A stretch of 64,000 bases of DNA from a virus: positions 32,001 to 96,000 of the IMG/VR virus record IMGVR_UViG_3300030090_005562; one strand, written 5' to 3'. Of this stretch, positions 1 to 10,392 are shown one piece after another. The notes under the pieces were generated by a model that searched no databases, had not been told where the DNA came from, and saw only the letters and a list, made by a program, of their open reading frames with translations. How positions within the stretch are numbered: position 1 is the first letter of the stretch; the number at the start of each line of letters is the position of its first letter. The position numbers and the translations under genes are program-made.

Positions 1-475
1 AACAGACTTAATTGTGGAGTGCGCCAGACATTTTGACACAGTAAATGTAAAGAAGGGTCAGTGGATTGGTCCGAATAATCTTGTGGCGTCTGTAGACAAA
101 ATAAGGCACACAAACGATAATTGTAAAGCTTGGATTACAGACAGGGGGTCAAACTTTGGCTATGACAAGCTAATTGTTGATTTTGGAATCGTAGACGAGC
201 TTAAAGAAAGCTACGATAAAGTTATATTAGACTGTACACACTCCACGCAAAGAAGTAGAACTGTATACGGAAAACAGGGTGATGTTGAGCTTGCTAAAAG
301 ATATTTTCTTGCCGCACCTATTTTTGAATATGATGGTGTTTTTGTAGAAACTCACCCCAATCCGTCAGAGTCCTGCTCTGATAAAGAGTGCCAAATACCC
401 TTAGACGAAATGATAGACTTACTAGCAGAACAGAGGATTATATCGCATGCAAACGATAAAAGAATTTCAATCTGA
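1..475 (+). CDS. kdsA: KDO8P synthase (KdsA/DAHP synthase I family), 5'-truncated by window edge
   Basis: Frame is open back to nt 2 (TDLIVEC, matching the RQTDLL motif); motifs VNVKKGQW, DRGSNFGY, DCTHSTQ, ETHPNP..S.SD. Confidence 0.85.
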   Translation, partial: TDLIVECARHFDTVNVKKGQWIGPNNLVASVDKIRHTNDNCKAWITDRGSNFGYDKLIVDFGIVDELKESYDKVILDCTHSTQRSRTVYGKQGDVELAKRYFLAAPIFEYDGVFVETHPNPSESCSDKECQIPLDEMIDLLAEQRIISHANDKRISI

Positions 476-1154
476 ATTACTTAAAGACGCAGAGAGCATG
501 CGTAATGACTCTCAACTTCAAGATGACGCGTTTAGTGTTTTAGTTAGAGCAGACCGGCATAGATGGATACATCAAACTAATTTCGCTGGCATTCCAGCCC
601 TACAACTTCCTCAAGACCTGTTTACTATGCAGGAGATTATATTTAAGACTAAACCTCAAGTTATTGTAGAGCTTGGAGTGGCTTGGGGAGGAACTACAAT
701 GTTCTTTGAGTCTTTTCATCAAGGGGATATTATTGGGGTTGACCTGCAAATACCAGACCACCTCAGAGATGCAACTGCGTTTAAGGGCAATATCAGATTT
801 CTTATTGGCGATAGCGTTTTGAGCGCAGAAATAGTGAAAAAATTTGTTGGGGATAGAAGCTGCATGGTAATAGTAGATTCTATGCATACCCACGAACACG
901 TTCTTGCCGAATTGAACGCCTTCTCTAGCATTGTTACTCCTGGCTGTTACATGGTTGTGTGTGATACTTTAGTCGATGACTCAAGATATCACGAAGACGG
1001 AGCCGCTAGAAATCGCCCTTGGGGTCCAGGCAATAGCCCCAGAAGCGCTTTAAATCAGTTTCTCGATGAAAACCCAGATTTTGAAAGAGACGAAGATATA
1101 CGAAATAAACTTCTGTTTTCTTGTCAACCAGATGGATATATATATAAAAAATGA
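447..1154 (+). CDS. CmcI/cephalosporin-hydroxylase-like sugar O-methyltransferase
   Basis: G.PALQLPQDL..MQEII...KPQVIVELGVAWGG, DSMHTHEHVLAEL, RPWGPGNSP, PDGY. Confidence 0.85.
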   Translation: MQTIKEFQSELLKDAESMRNDSQLQDDAFSVLVRADRHRWIHQTNFAGIPALQLPQDLFTMQEIIFKTKPQVIVELGVAWGGTTMFFESFHQGDIIGVDLQIPDHLRDATAFKGNIRFLIGDSVLSAEIVKKFVGDRSCMVIVDSMHTHEHVLAELNAFSSIVTPGCYMVVCDTLVDDSRYHEDGAARNRPWGPGNSPRSALNQFLDENPDFERDEDIRNKLLFSCQPDGYIYKK

Positions 1155-2170
1155 AAGACTTATTAACGCTAGTTGTGCCTCTTTTAGATAGGCATGCCTT
1201 AACACACAGGGTTCTTCAGAACCTTAATAGGCAAAAGTGTGAATTTAAAATAATAGTTGCTGACGGCAGCTTAACGGAATTTAATAAAGAGCGTCTGAAG
1301 CAGGGGGTGTTTTATGAAAATCTAGACATTGAGTATTTTTATAATGGCCATGACTATGACATAAACCGATATATGAATAAAATGCACAACGCATTTCAAA
1401 AAATATCCACCCCTTTTGCGATGATATTTGATAACGACGATTTGATAGACATCTCTGGAATCAGAAGAGGTGTTTACTTTATGTCAAATAATTTAGATTA
1501 CAGCACATATAGAAACGACGTTAGAACTCTAGAGTTTTCAGATAGTTATGTTGACATAAAAGACAGCCTATATACATACCCATCCATTGAGCAGGAAGAG
1601 GCTAAAGATAGACTGATTGATTCTGTGATAAATTTTAACAGTTTTAATTATGCAGTTTTTAGGTCTGAGCAAATAAAGTGCTTTTTTGAAATTATGGATT
1701 TGTTTGACAACAACGACTTCCAACTTTTTTCAAAATCATTAGCGTACTTTTTTGCGTCTATAGGCAAGTGCAAAAGGCTTTTTAACGAATCTTACTACTA
1801 TTTTATACCTGGATATACAATATTACAAACTGGGAATAAGATACACAAGTTTAGAGAATGGATGGACACAAAATTTTGGGACAAGTCATGCCCCTTAATG
1901 ATTTCGATGGCGTCTTCAATATGCGAGCATTTGCACAAAGAAGATGTTCGACGGCCATTCGCGGAAGTTTTTATCAAAGAGGTCTGCGAAAAGGCGGGGA
2001 TTAGTGATTCACAATATAAAAATTTAAACAGAGATATAGAAGAGTCTAAAAAATTTGACTCTAAAATACGTCAAGTATTAGAAAAATATAAATTTGAGGA
2101 CAAAGAATATGGTTGCGAGCAGTGTGATGCAAAGACAAATGAGGAGTTTGTACAATCGCTAAACATATAG
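1151..2170 (+). CDS. Glycosyltransferase family 2 (TIGR00180-like)
   Basis: LTLVVPLLDR, IIVADGS, TPFAMIFDNDD (DxD) GT-A signature. Confidence 0.75.
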   Translation: MKDLLTLVVPLLDRHALTHRVLQNLNRQKCEFKIIVADGSLTEFNKERLKQGVFYENLDIEYFYNGHDYDINRYMNKMHNAFQKISTPFAMIFDNDDLIDISGIRRGVYFMSNNLDYSTYRNDVRTLEFSDSYVDIKDSLYTYPSIEQEEAKDRLIDSVINFNSFNYAVFRSEQIKCFFEIMDLFDNNDFQLFSKSLAYFFASIGKCKRLFNESYYYFIPGYTILQTGNKIHKFREWMDTKFWDKSCPLMISMASSICEHLHKEDVRRPFAEVFIKEVCEKAGISDSQYKNLNRDIEESKKFDSKIRQVLEKYKFEDKEYGCEQCDAKTNEEFVQSLNI

Positions 2171-3033
2171 TGTTAGATTCTTTAGCTCGCTCAGGCACCA
2201 CCTTGTTGAGTGCGCTATTAAGAAGTCAGAAGAATACAATTGCTTTTTGCCCAGGATTTAACGAACCTCTATGTTGCGAAAACATAGGGGAATGGCCTCA
2301 TGGATTTTGCAAAAGCGAATTTGTTGAAAACCCAAAATTTGATTTCAAAAAATTTCAAGAAGAAAGCATTTCACATATAAAAGACTTTGCGCAGTATTAT
2401 GGAATTGAAGCGTCTGATTGGGAAAAGCTGATATTAGATAGCGATAGCGCACAAGAGATTAGAAGTAAAATAGAAAATAAATTTAGTGAATGTAAATTTA
2501 TATGCTATAGATGGAATCAATGCCTTTGGTATTTTTACGAGTGGGTTTCAAGGGGCGAAGATTTTTTATGGCTAACAATGATAAGGAACCCTCTTGATAG
2601 GGCATGCTCATCTTGGAAAAAACACAGGTGGAGCATAAAACAAAGTCTAGAGAATACAATGCATTTCGCGCACAAAGTTGAGCAAATTTCAAATCATAAA
2701 AATTTTCACCTTATATATTATGAAGACCTTGTAAGCAATCCAGAGAAAATACTCAAGGAGATTTATTCTTTTTTTGGACAAAACATTCAATATGTAAACT
2801 TAAGTAATATAAAGGGGTCAAATGGGGAGGACTTTATTCCACAAAGCTCTGACTTAAAGAATGTATATCAAAAAAAAGACGGCTACTTAACTGAAGGAGA
2901 CGCGTTTTCTGGATTGTATAATAGTAAGATAAATAGGTATAAAGACGAAGAATACATAGACGAAATTACATATCAAGCCTTTAAGAGATTTTTATCAGAG
3001 TTCAGCGTTTACAAAAGATACTTTAAGGATTAA
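2155..3033 (+). CDS. Sulfotransferase family protein (start uncertain: ATC 2155 or GTG 2170)
   Basis: PAPS-binding motifs SLARSGTTLL and IRNPLDRACS, plus YEDLV. Confidence 0.8.
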   Translation: MAKHIVLDSLARSGTTLLSALLRSQKNTIAFCPGFNEPLCCENIGEWPHGFCKSEFVENPKFDFKKFQEESISHIKDFAQYYGIEASDWEKLILDSDSAQEIRSKIENKFSECKFICYRWNQCLWYFYEWVSRGEDFLWLTMIRNPLDRACSSWKKHRWSIKQSLENTMHFAHKVEQISNHKNFHLIYYEDLVSNPEKILKEIYSFFGQNIQYVNLSNIKGSNGEDFIPQSSDLKNVYQKKDGYLTEGDAFSGLYNSKINRYKDEEYIDEITYQAFKRFLSEFSVYKRYFKD

Positions 3034-3034
3034 A

Positions 3035-3661
3035 ATGGATTTATTAGCATTTAACGGACAAATGAACTTTATACTTGATAAAATATCAGGTGTAGATGGA
3101 GATATAGTTGAACTCGGCGTTCATACGGGAAACAACTCTATACAGTTCATGCTTCAATCTCCACAAACAAAATATTGGGGATTTGATACATTTTGCGGCT
3201 ACACAAAAGAGGACATTGAAAGCAGTCCAAATAAACAAGGCCTTTTAGATAATGAGGGCAGATGGGTTTGCGACGAAAATGAAACAATAGATAGAATAAA
3301 GAGATTTAGGGGGCTCATCAAAGAGATAACTCCTAGCGATAAAAAATTTGCAAATTTTGAAATAATAAAAGGAGACCTAAAGAAGACTTTGCCTGAACAA
3401 ATAAACTCAAACAATCTAAAGAAAGTCGCGTTGCTATATGTAGATTGTAATGCATATTTACCAGCAATAAAAGGAATAGAGGCTATATACCCAATACTTT
3501 CAAGAGAAGGAATAATTTGCATAGACGAACACCAGGACGGAGGAGAGACTAAGGCAATAAAAGAAACTGCACAAAAATATGGGTTGGATATTAACGAGAC
3601 AGGTTTTAAATTTGAAAGTGGAATTCATTCTAATCCCTCTAAATACATTGTAAAAAAATGA
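3035..3661 (+). CDS. TylF/MycF family O-methyltransferase
   Basis: GDIVELGVHTG, WGFDTFCG, IIKGD, LLYVDCNAY, IDE. Confidence 0.8.
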   Translation: MDLLAFNGQMNFILDKISGVDGDIVELGVHTGNNSIQFMLQSPQTKYWGFDTFCGYTKEDIESSPNKQGLLDNEGRWVCDENETIDRIKRFRGLIKEITPSDKKFANFEIIKGDLKKTLPEQINSNNLKKVALLYVDCNAYLPAIKGIEAIYPILSREGIICIDEHQDGGETKAIKETAQKYGLDINETGFKFESGIHSNPSKYIVKK

Positions 3662-4350
3662 AAAGACTGGCTATTATTCCCGCAAGAAGCGGAAGCAAAA
3701 GATTCCCAGGAAAAAATTGGGCAAAGTTAGGAGAGCATCCTTTGTGGCTGTGGAGCGTTGAGGTTGCCTCTGTTGCTTTTGAAACCACTGTTTTCACAAC
3801 AGACTCAGAAAACCTTCTGCACGATGTTATAAATAGAGAAGGGAGTTTCGTGACAGGGCTTCTTAGGCCTAAAAATCTATGCTCAGATACATCTAAAGTT
3901 ATAGATACGGTGAATTGGATTTACGATATATATGACAAAAAGCCAAGCAAGCCTGATGAGATATGGCTCCTTCTTCCAACTTGCCCGCTAAGAAAAGTTG
4001 AGGATGTAACTAATGCTCAGAACAAATTAAGAGACAGCGATGAGTGTGACGGCATAATTAGTATTACAGATTATGAGTTTCCTCCTCAGCTTGGATTGAC
4101 ACATGAGAATGACCAGATAATGGATTGGCATGAAAGTAAACCCTGGCAGTCTGGAAACAGTAGAAGTCAAGACCACGAAAAAATATACAGACCAAACGGA
4201 GCGCTTTACGGAATGAGGTGGGAGGCATTTAGAAAAAACAGAAATTTCTATAAAGGAAAAATATGCAGTCACTATATGCCTAGAGAGCGCTCAGTTGACA
4301 TAGACAATGAAATTGATTTAAAATTAGCGGAGGCGTTAATACATGAATGA
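3658..4350 (+). CDS. Acylneuraminate/ulosonate cytidylyltransferase (NeuA/PseF-like)
   Basis: IIPARSGSKRFPGKN, LLPTCPLR, PNGALY, SVDIDNEIDLKLAE. Confidence 0.88.
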   Translation: MKRLAIIPARSGSKRFPGKNWAKLGEHPLWLWSVEVASVAFETTVFTTDSENLLHDVINREGSFVTGLLRPKNLCSDTSKVIDTVNWIYDIYDKKPSKPDEIWLLLPTCPLRKVEDVTNAQNKLRDSDECDGIISITDYEFPPQLGLTHENDQIMDWHESKPWQSGNSRSQDHEKIYRPNGALYGMRWEAFRKNRNFYKGKICSHYMPRERSVDIDNEIDLKLAEALIHE

Positions 4351-4981
4351 CATATTAAGACAGGTGTATGAAAATGGGTTATACGTGTTTCCAGAACTTG
4401 TTGAAGATAGTGTGGTACAAAATATAAAAAAGCAAACACTAGCTTTGCTCGAACGGGACGGAGACAAAGATTACAAATTTGGAACAGCCATAAATATGGG
4501 GCCTTTGTCAGAGCAGTCTGGTTCAATAAAAGATTTTTTTGATACAGAATATTTTAACGATATCGCATTTAGGTACGGAACAAGAGACGCCAGAGCAGTA
4601 ATGGCTACTCACGATTATGAAAACGATAACGGAACTGAAAGGAATGGGTTTCTTCATTTTGACAGAACTCATACGTTCAAGTTTTTTCTTTATCTCACCG
4701 ACTGCGATGAATCTAGCGGAGCGTTTAAATACGTCCCTGGTTCTAGGGAGCTAGGCGAAACTTTAAGAACACAGGCAACTATTGACGCTGACGGAGAATA
4801 CAAAACAATAGCTAATAGATTAGAGCTAGATTATTTAGATTTAAACTACACGGCAGAGGACGCCGAGCCACTTGTTGGCAAGGCCGGAACTCTGTTTGCT
4901 TTTGACACAGACACATTCCACATGGGTGGTATAGTACAAAATGGAAAAGAAAGGGTTGTAATTAGGTCACATTATGTCTAA
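4343..4981 (+). CDS. PhyH-like 2OG-Fe(II) dioxygenase
   Basis: HxD (LHFD), FLYLTD...SGAFKYVPGS, GTLFAFDTDTFHMGG, distal R. Confidence 0.8.
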   Translation: MNDILRQVYENGLYVFPELVEDSVVQNIKKQTLALLERDGDKDYKFGTAINMGPLSEQSGSIKDFFDTEYFNDIAFRYGTRDARAVMATHDYENDNGTERNGFLHFDRTHTFKFFLYLTDCDESSGAFKYVPGSRELGETLRTQATIDADGEYKTIANRLELDYLDLNYTAEDAEPLVGKAGTLFAFDTDTFHMGGIVQNGKERVVIRSHYV

Positions 4982-6149
4982 AACAAAATTTTTAGATTTG
5001 GGCACACAGCCCATCGCAAACGGGTTTTTAAAAGAATCAGACCTGGATAAAGATGAGTATACCTTTAATTTATCTGTTGGCATATGTAGTGATACGTTTT
5101 TGGTTTCTCTTGTGGATTTTGTAGACCCGCCAAAAATGTTCAATGAAAGCTATCCATTCCACACATCCGCTTCTCCAGTAATGGAGTCTCATTTTAAGAG
5201 AACGTCTAATTTATTATCAAAATTAAATCCAGACAAAGTCATGGAGATAGGAAGCAATGATGGAGCGTTCTTGAAAAATTTTCACCCATCTAATGCCATA
5301 TCAGTAGAGCCATGTTCTAATTTTGCTAGACATACACAAGAACTTGGATATACAACCTATGATGAGTTTTGGACACAAGAACTCGCAGACCGTATATGTT
5401 CATCCAATGGAAAGCAAGACCTAATATTTTCTGCGAACTGCATGTGTCATATACCAGACATAGAAGGCGCGTTTAAAGCGGTTGCCTCTTGTCTTAGCAA
5501 GGATGGGGTTTTTGTTTTTGAAGACCCGTCACTTGTGTTTATGCTTATGAGAAACTCGTATGACCAAATATATGATGAACACGCACACATATTCTCCCTA
5601 CATTCTTTATCCATACTGCTTAAAAGAGCCGGTCTAAAGATATGGAAGGTTGATGTTCTTGAGAATGTGCATGGAGGCTCTTGTAGGGTTTATGCTGTTC
5701 ATGAAAACAACCCCGTAAAAAAGCTTGATTCCACACTAATGCAGTTTGAGAGAATTTGCGGAATAAACAAGAGTGGGTTTGAAATATATTACTCGTTTGC
5801 TAGGAACGTGCAGAAAAGCAAAGAGGCTCTTGTTGACGCTCTATCTGGTCTAAAAGACAAGGGGAAGAAGGTTATCAGCTTTGGAGCAACCTCCAAGTCT
5901 ACCACAGTATTTAATTATTGCGGAATTGGCAATGACTTAATAGACTATATAACTGATAGGACAGATGATAAGATTGGAAAATTCTCTCCGGGCAAACACA
6001 TACCGATTATAGCAGAAGGAGTGGGGTTTGATGATTCTGTTGACGCTGCATTTCTTGGCGCTTGGAATTATAAGGACGCGATACTTACTAAGTATTCAGA
6101 TTTTAAAGGCTCTTGGATTACTCACGTTCCAGAGGTTTCTGTAATATGA
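4974..6149 (+). CDS. NDP-hexose C3-methyltransferase
   Basis: FLDLGTQPIANGF, EIGSNDG, YDQIYDEH, HGGSCR, GATSKS, PGKHIPI, AWNY. Confidence 0.88.
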   Translation: MSKTKFLDLGTQPIANGFLKESDLDKDEYTFNLSVGICSDTFLVSLVDFVDPPKMFNESYPFHTSASPVMESHFKRTSNLLSKLNPDKVMEIGSNDGAFLKNFHPSNAISVEPCSNFARHTQELGYTTYDEFWTQELADRICSSNGKQDLIFSANCMCHIPDIEGAFKAVASCLSKDGVFVFEDPSLVFMLMRNSYDQIYDEHAHIFSLHSLSILLKRAGLKIWKVDVLENVHGGSCRVYAVHENNPVKKLDSTLMQFERICGINKSGFEIYYSFARNVQKSKEALVDALSGLKDKGKKVISFGATSKSTTVFNYCGIGNDLIDYITDRTDDKIGKFSPGKHIPIIAEGVGFDDSVDAAFLGAWNYKDAILTKYSDFKGSWITHVPEVSVI

Positions 6150-7048
6150 AAATTTTGGTGACAGGCGGTCTTGGTCATATAGGCTCTTACGTTATAAGGA
6201 CTACGTTTGCTGGCAGAGGAATTTGTGTGGTTGACGATTTATCAACTAACAGATATTGCTCCCTAATGAACCTTCCGTACCCAATAGATTTTATTAATGA
6301 TGGGTTTGAGAATCTCAGCGAAGACTTTTTAGAGCAGTTTGATACAGTCGTGCATTTTGCTGCGGTAACAGACGCGGCTAGAGGAGACTCTGAAAGCATC
6401 GAGAAAATAAATGTTGGTCACACCAGAGACTTTATAAAAAAGCTTATGTCTCTGGACAGCCCTCCTTTGTTTATATTCCCGTCATCAACAAGCGTTTATG
6501 GAACCGCGTCTGATATAGTCAAGGAAGATGACGAAAGCGTTTTAAAGCCACAAAGCCACTACGCATCATCAAAGCTAATAATAGAAAATTTCCTCAGAGA
6601 AAATTATCCTAGATATTTGATTCTCAGATTCGGTACAATATTTGGAGCAACTCCAGGAATGAGATTCCACACAGCAATCAATCACTTCTGCTGGGCTTCT
6701 TCAATGAAACAGCCGTTAGAAGTTTGGGAGCAAAACTATCATTATCACAGGCCGTATCTAGACGTAAGGGATGCGGAAAGGTCTATTTCACACCTTCTTT
6801 ATAATCGCGTTGAAAATGAAACCTACAATATTCTTAGCGACAATTATAAGTGTAGCGATATAATAGAGATTATAAAAGAATACGTGCCAGATATTAAAGT
6901 AAATATGGTTAAAACGCCTCTCTTAAATCAGTTCTCATATCTTGTTGACGACACTAAGTTAAGCAATACTGGAATAAATTTAAACGGCAGCTTAAAGAGG
7001 GGTATAAAAGAGACATTGGAGATTCTTAAATGCGTAAAAAGATATTAA
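6146..7048 (+). CDS. NAD-dependent epimerase/dehydratase (extended SDR)
   Basis: MKILVTGGLGHIG, SSTSVYG, YxxxK (YASSK), LRFGTIFG; the ATG at 6146 overlaps the upstream stop. Confidence 0.88.
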   Translation: MKILVTGGLGHIGSYVIRTTFAGRGICVVDDLSTNRYCSLMNLPYPIDFINDGFENLSEDFLEQFDTVVHFAAVTDAARGDSESIEKINVGHTRDFIKKLMSLDSPPLFIFPSSTSVYGTASDIVKEDDESVLKPQSHYASSKLIIENFLRENYPRYLILRFGTIFGATPGMRFHTAINHFCWASSMKQPLEVWEQNYHYHRPYLDVRDAERSISHLLYNRVENETYNILSDNYKCSDIIEIIKEYVPDIKVNMVKTPLLNQFSYLVDDTKLSNTGINLNGSLKRGIKETLEILKCVKRY

Positions 7049-7743
7049 TCTCTGGAGGAGATGGAAAATTCGCCAAACAGCTTTTTTCCTGCGGCTGCGA
7101 TATTTTTGAGATAAGCAAGCCGTCTAGAAAAAATATGAATATATCAAGCCCACGCGATATTTACTCAAACATAGTTAGGTTTAATCCCGATTATTTCATT
7201 CACGCTGCCGCTATGACGCGACCCATGAAAAACCATGAGATAGCCCCCATGAAAAGCATGAAAATAAATATTGAGGGAACATGCAATGTCGTAGAGGCTT
7301 GTTGCACTACTGGCATAAAGCTTATATACATATCAACAGACTATGTATATCCAGGTAGAGATGGAAATTATTCTGAAGATGACGGAGTTCTCCCGTTCAC
7401 TAAATATGGTTGGTCAAAGCTTGGCGGTGAGTGTGCAGTAAAAATGTATGAAAAGTCTTTGATACTTCGTATAGCTATGTGCGAGAAGCCTTTTCCTCAT
7501 CCAGCAGCCATGATAGATGTTAAGAAAAGCTCTATTTTTAATGACGATGCAGCAAAAATTACTTTACAATTACTTGATGAAGTTGGTATAATAAATATTG
7601 GAGGACCAAATCAATCCATATACGATTTTGTAAGCTCGCATCAGGACGTAGATTCTATGACTAGAAACAGAGCAGATTCCAGCATGATGCCAGACGTTAG
7701 CATGAACACGGAGAAACTAGATGAGATTTCACGAAGACGATAG
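7030..7743 (+). CDS. rmlD: dTDP-4-dehydrorhamnose reductase-like
   Basis: ILISGGDGKF, IHAAA, YISTDYVYPG, YGWSKLGGE. Confidence 0.75.
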   Translation: MRKKILISGGDGKFAKQLFSCGCDIFEISKPSRKNMNISSPRDIYSNIVRFNPDYFIHAAAMTRPMKNHEIAPMKSMKINIEGTCNVVEACCTTGIKLIYISTDYVYPGRDGNYSEDDGVLPFTKYGWSKLGGECAVKMYEKSLILRIAMCEKPFPHPAAMIDVKKSSIFNDDAAKITLQLLDEVGIINIGGPNQSIYDFVSSHQDVDSMTRNRADSSMMPDVSMNTEKLDEISRRR

Positions 7744-8104
7744 AGCGCAAAGATTTTGCGATATTTTTCCAGAGGCAGGTGGACAAACTATGGTCTCAAG
7801 GATAAGAGCTCCTGGTCATGTTGTTGCTTGGCACAGACATAAAATACAAAATGATTACTGGTGCTGCTTGCAAGGCTCTTTTAAAGTTGGATTGGCAAAA
7901 GAAAATGGAGATTTTGAGTTTGTATATCTATCCGAAAGAAACCCAAGGACAATACACATACCTCCTGGGATATATCATGGCTACATGGCGTTAGAGCCAA
8001 ACTCCATTCTGCTATATTATATGGACCAGCCTTACGACCCATCAGACGAATACAGGGCCGAAGTAGGGCATTTTGGAGATGAATGGAGCATACCCAACAA
8101 ATGA
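7721..8104 (+). CDS. rmlC: dTDP-4-dehydrorhamnose 3,5-epimerase-like cupin
   Basis: HEDDR, AWHRH, IHIPPGIYHGY, Y.....YDP.DE. Confidence 0.7.
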   Translation: MRFHEDDRAQRFCDIFPEAGGQTMVSRIRAPGHVVAWHRHKIQNDYWCCLQGSFKVGLAKENGDFEFVYLSERNPRTIHIPPGIYHGYMALEPNSILLYYMDQPYDPSDEYRAEVGHFGDEWSIPNK

Positions 8105-9111
8105 GACTTTGGTTTAATTCAAAAAAACATAGGCTGTTTAATATAAACAACTATAAAATAGACACAGGCAAATTTAAAAATCTGCTACATGATTTTGAAG
8201 ATGAGCTTGAGGAAAAGTTTGCTAATTACGTTGGTGCTAAGTATGCTTGTATCGCTAATAGCGCAAGCAGTTTATTGGAGTTATGTCTGGCACAATTTGT
8301 TAATAATTGCCCTCATCATTTTTTAGAAGTTTATAAATTACAGCTTCCCAGTATGATACCGATAGCTGTTTCAAATATAGTTCAAAACTCACACATGCCA
8401 GCAGTTTGGAAAGATGACGTTGATTGGGTCGGAAGCTCTTATGTACTATATGACACAGAGAAGGTTTTATCAAGATTTAAAAATAGCATACATCCATATA
8501 AGATAATAGACTCGGCGCAGGAGGTAAGAAGAAATCAATTTAAAGAAGACGCTAAAGATAATGATTTAATGATTTTTAGTCTATACCCAACAAAGCCTGT
8601 GGGTGGGATTGATGGCGGAGTAATGGTGTCTAATAATAAAGATACCATAGATTACTATAGGTCAATAACTCACCTTGGAGTTTCTTCTGTCAGTAAAAAT
8701 AGCTGGGAAAGAGTTCTAAAATTTTCGGGATGGAAAATGCACCCAAACAGTGTTCAGTGTTATGTTGCAATAAAAAATCTTGAAAAATTAGAATATAAAA
8801 ATCAAAGGCTAGACGATATAAAAAAACAGTATAATGAAGCTTTTGAGCTAAATAACAACAGCAGGCACCTGTATAGAATTGAGGTGAACGGTGGCAGAAA
8901 AGCATTTACAGAAAAAATGTCGTCTCTAGGTATAGAAACCGGGTTTCATTACGGACCCGCTCACTTAAACCCTTTCTACAATATAGAAATGAACGCACCA
9001 ATGACAGAGACCTTACAAGCATCTACAAGGACAGTAAGCATACCCTTTAATGAAAAATTATCAAATAAAGACGTTAAGTTTATAATAGACAAGGTTAATA
9101 AATACAAATGA
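8083..9111 (+). CDS. DegT/DnrJ/EryC1/StrS family sugar aminotransferase
   Basis: LEEKFANYVGAKYA...NSAS, IIDSAQ, FSLYPTKPVGGIDGG (PLP lysine), GIETGFHY. Confidence 0.85.
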   Translation: MEHTQQMRLWFNSKKHRLFNINNYKIDTGKFKNLLHDFEDELEEKFANYVGAKYACIANSASSLLELCLAQFVNNCPHHFLEVYKLQLPSMIPIAVSNIVQNSHMPAVWKDDVDWVGSSYVLYDTEKVLSRFKNSIHPYKIIDSAQEVRRNQFKEDAKDNDLMIFSLYPTKPVGGIDGGVMVSNNKDTIDYYRSITHLGVSSVSKNSWERVLKFSGWKMHPNSVQCYVAIKNLEKLEYKNQRLDDIKKQYNEAFELNNNSRHLYRIEVNGGRKAFTEKMSSLGIETGFHYGPAHLNPFYNIEMNAPMTETLQASTRTVSIPFNEKLSNKDVKFIIDKVNKYK

Positions 9112-10022
9112 AGATAATGACAACTGGTGGAAGAGGCTTTATTGGAAGCCACTTTGTTGAAAAGGTTCTGCAATTTAAGAATGTTTCATCGGTAATAGAT
9201 TACGACTGCATGACCTATGCGGCAAGCAAATCTTTGCCCTTTGACGATAATCCTAAATATGAGCATGTAAATGAAAATATACAAGACATACAAAGACTTC
9301 CTCCGAATATAGACTATATCATTAATTTTGCCGCAGAGAGCCATGTAGATAATTCCATAGCTTCTCCAACAATATTTATCGAAAGCAATGTGCTTGGCGT
9401 CTACAATTTGTTAGAGCTTATACGAGGAAAGGTATACTCTAGACCTCAGTTTATACACATCAGCACAGATGAAGTTTACGGTGATGCAGATGACGGGGAT
9501 AGTCATTTTGACGAGGACCATAAGCTAACTCCAAGCAACCCATACGCTGGTTCCAAAGCCGCAGCTGAAATGATGATTATGTCATATGGAAGAACATTTG
9601 GAATAGATTATAAAATTACAAGAAGCACAAACAATTATGGTCCAAGGCAATATCCTGAAAAGTTAATACCTAAGTGCATAGATTCAATTCAGTCTGGCAA
9701 AAAAATACCGCTACATGGAAATGGTAGCTACGTTAGAGATTGGATTCATGTCAAAGATAATGTTGATGGAATCTGGTATGTTATTGAGTATGGGGAAAAT
9801 AGAAACGTATACAACATAAGCGGCGACAACCCCTTATCTAATATTGAGGTCGTTAAGCAAGTTTGTTCTTGGTTTGGAATAGAAGACTACGAAAGTCATG
9901 TTGAGTTTGTAGAAAACAGGCTAGGGCAAGACGCAAGATATTCAATCAATAGTAGGAAAGCAGAAGACTTGGGGTGGTCAAGAAAATTTGAAAAAGGATT
10001 AAATAATTATGTTGAACATTAA
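9108..10022 (+). CDS. rmlB: dTDP-glucose 4,6-dehydratase
   Basis: TGGRGFIGSHF, NFAAESHVDNSI, HISTDEVYG, NPYAGSKAA, NNYGPRQYPEKLIP. Confidence 0.93.
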   Translation: MKIMTTGGRGFIGSHFVEKVLQFKNVSSVIDYDCMTYAASKSLPFDDNPKYEHVNENIQDIQRLPPNIDYIINFAAESHVDNSIASPTIFIESNVLGVYNLLELIRGKVYSRPQFIHISTDEVYGDADDGDSHFDEDHKLTPSNPYAGSKAAAEMMIMSYGRTFGIDYKITRSTNNYGPRQYPEKLIPKCIDSIQSGKKIPLHGNGSYVRDWIHVKDNVDGIWYVIEYGENRNVYNISGDNPLSNIEVVKQVCSWFGIEDYESHVEFVENRLGQDARYSINSRKAEDLGWSRKFEKGLNNYVEH

Positions 10023-10392
10023 TAAAGACGATAGAGGTAGGCTAATATCCATGAATGATTTAATTTCTAGCATACCATTCACGGTTAAGAGGTTCATGGA
10101 CATCAGTGGAGTTCCTAATGGGCAGACAAGAGGATATCACGCACATAAAACTAATGAACAGTTGCTGCTTTGCTTTAAGGGTCGAGTGGTGGTTAGGACA
10201 GTGCTGAAAAACTCTGCGGGAGAGCTTGTAGAACAGTCACACGAACTTAATGAGGGCGACTTTTTACACACACCTGCCATGACATGGGGCGAACAAACTT
10301 ACTATGACGATGCGATTCTGCACGTTCTTTGCTCTAAAAAATATGATGAGGATGATTATGTCAGAGACTATGAAGAATTTAAAGAACTTTAG
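10009..10392 (+). CDS. fdtA: dTDP-6-deoxy-3,4-keto-hexulose isomerase (FdtA/QdtA cupin)
   Basis: DDRGRL, IPFTVKR, RGYHAHK, VLCSKKYDEDDYVRDYEEF. Confidence 0.85.
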   Translation: MLNINKDDRGRLISMNDLISSIPFTVKRFMDISGVPNGQTRGYHAHKTNEQLLLCFKGRVVVRTVLKNSAGELVEQSHELNEGDFLHTPAMTWGEQTYYDDAILHVLCSKKYDEDDYVRDYEEFKEL

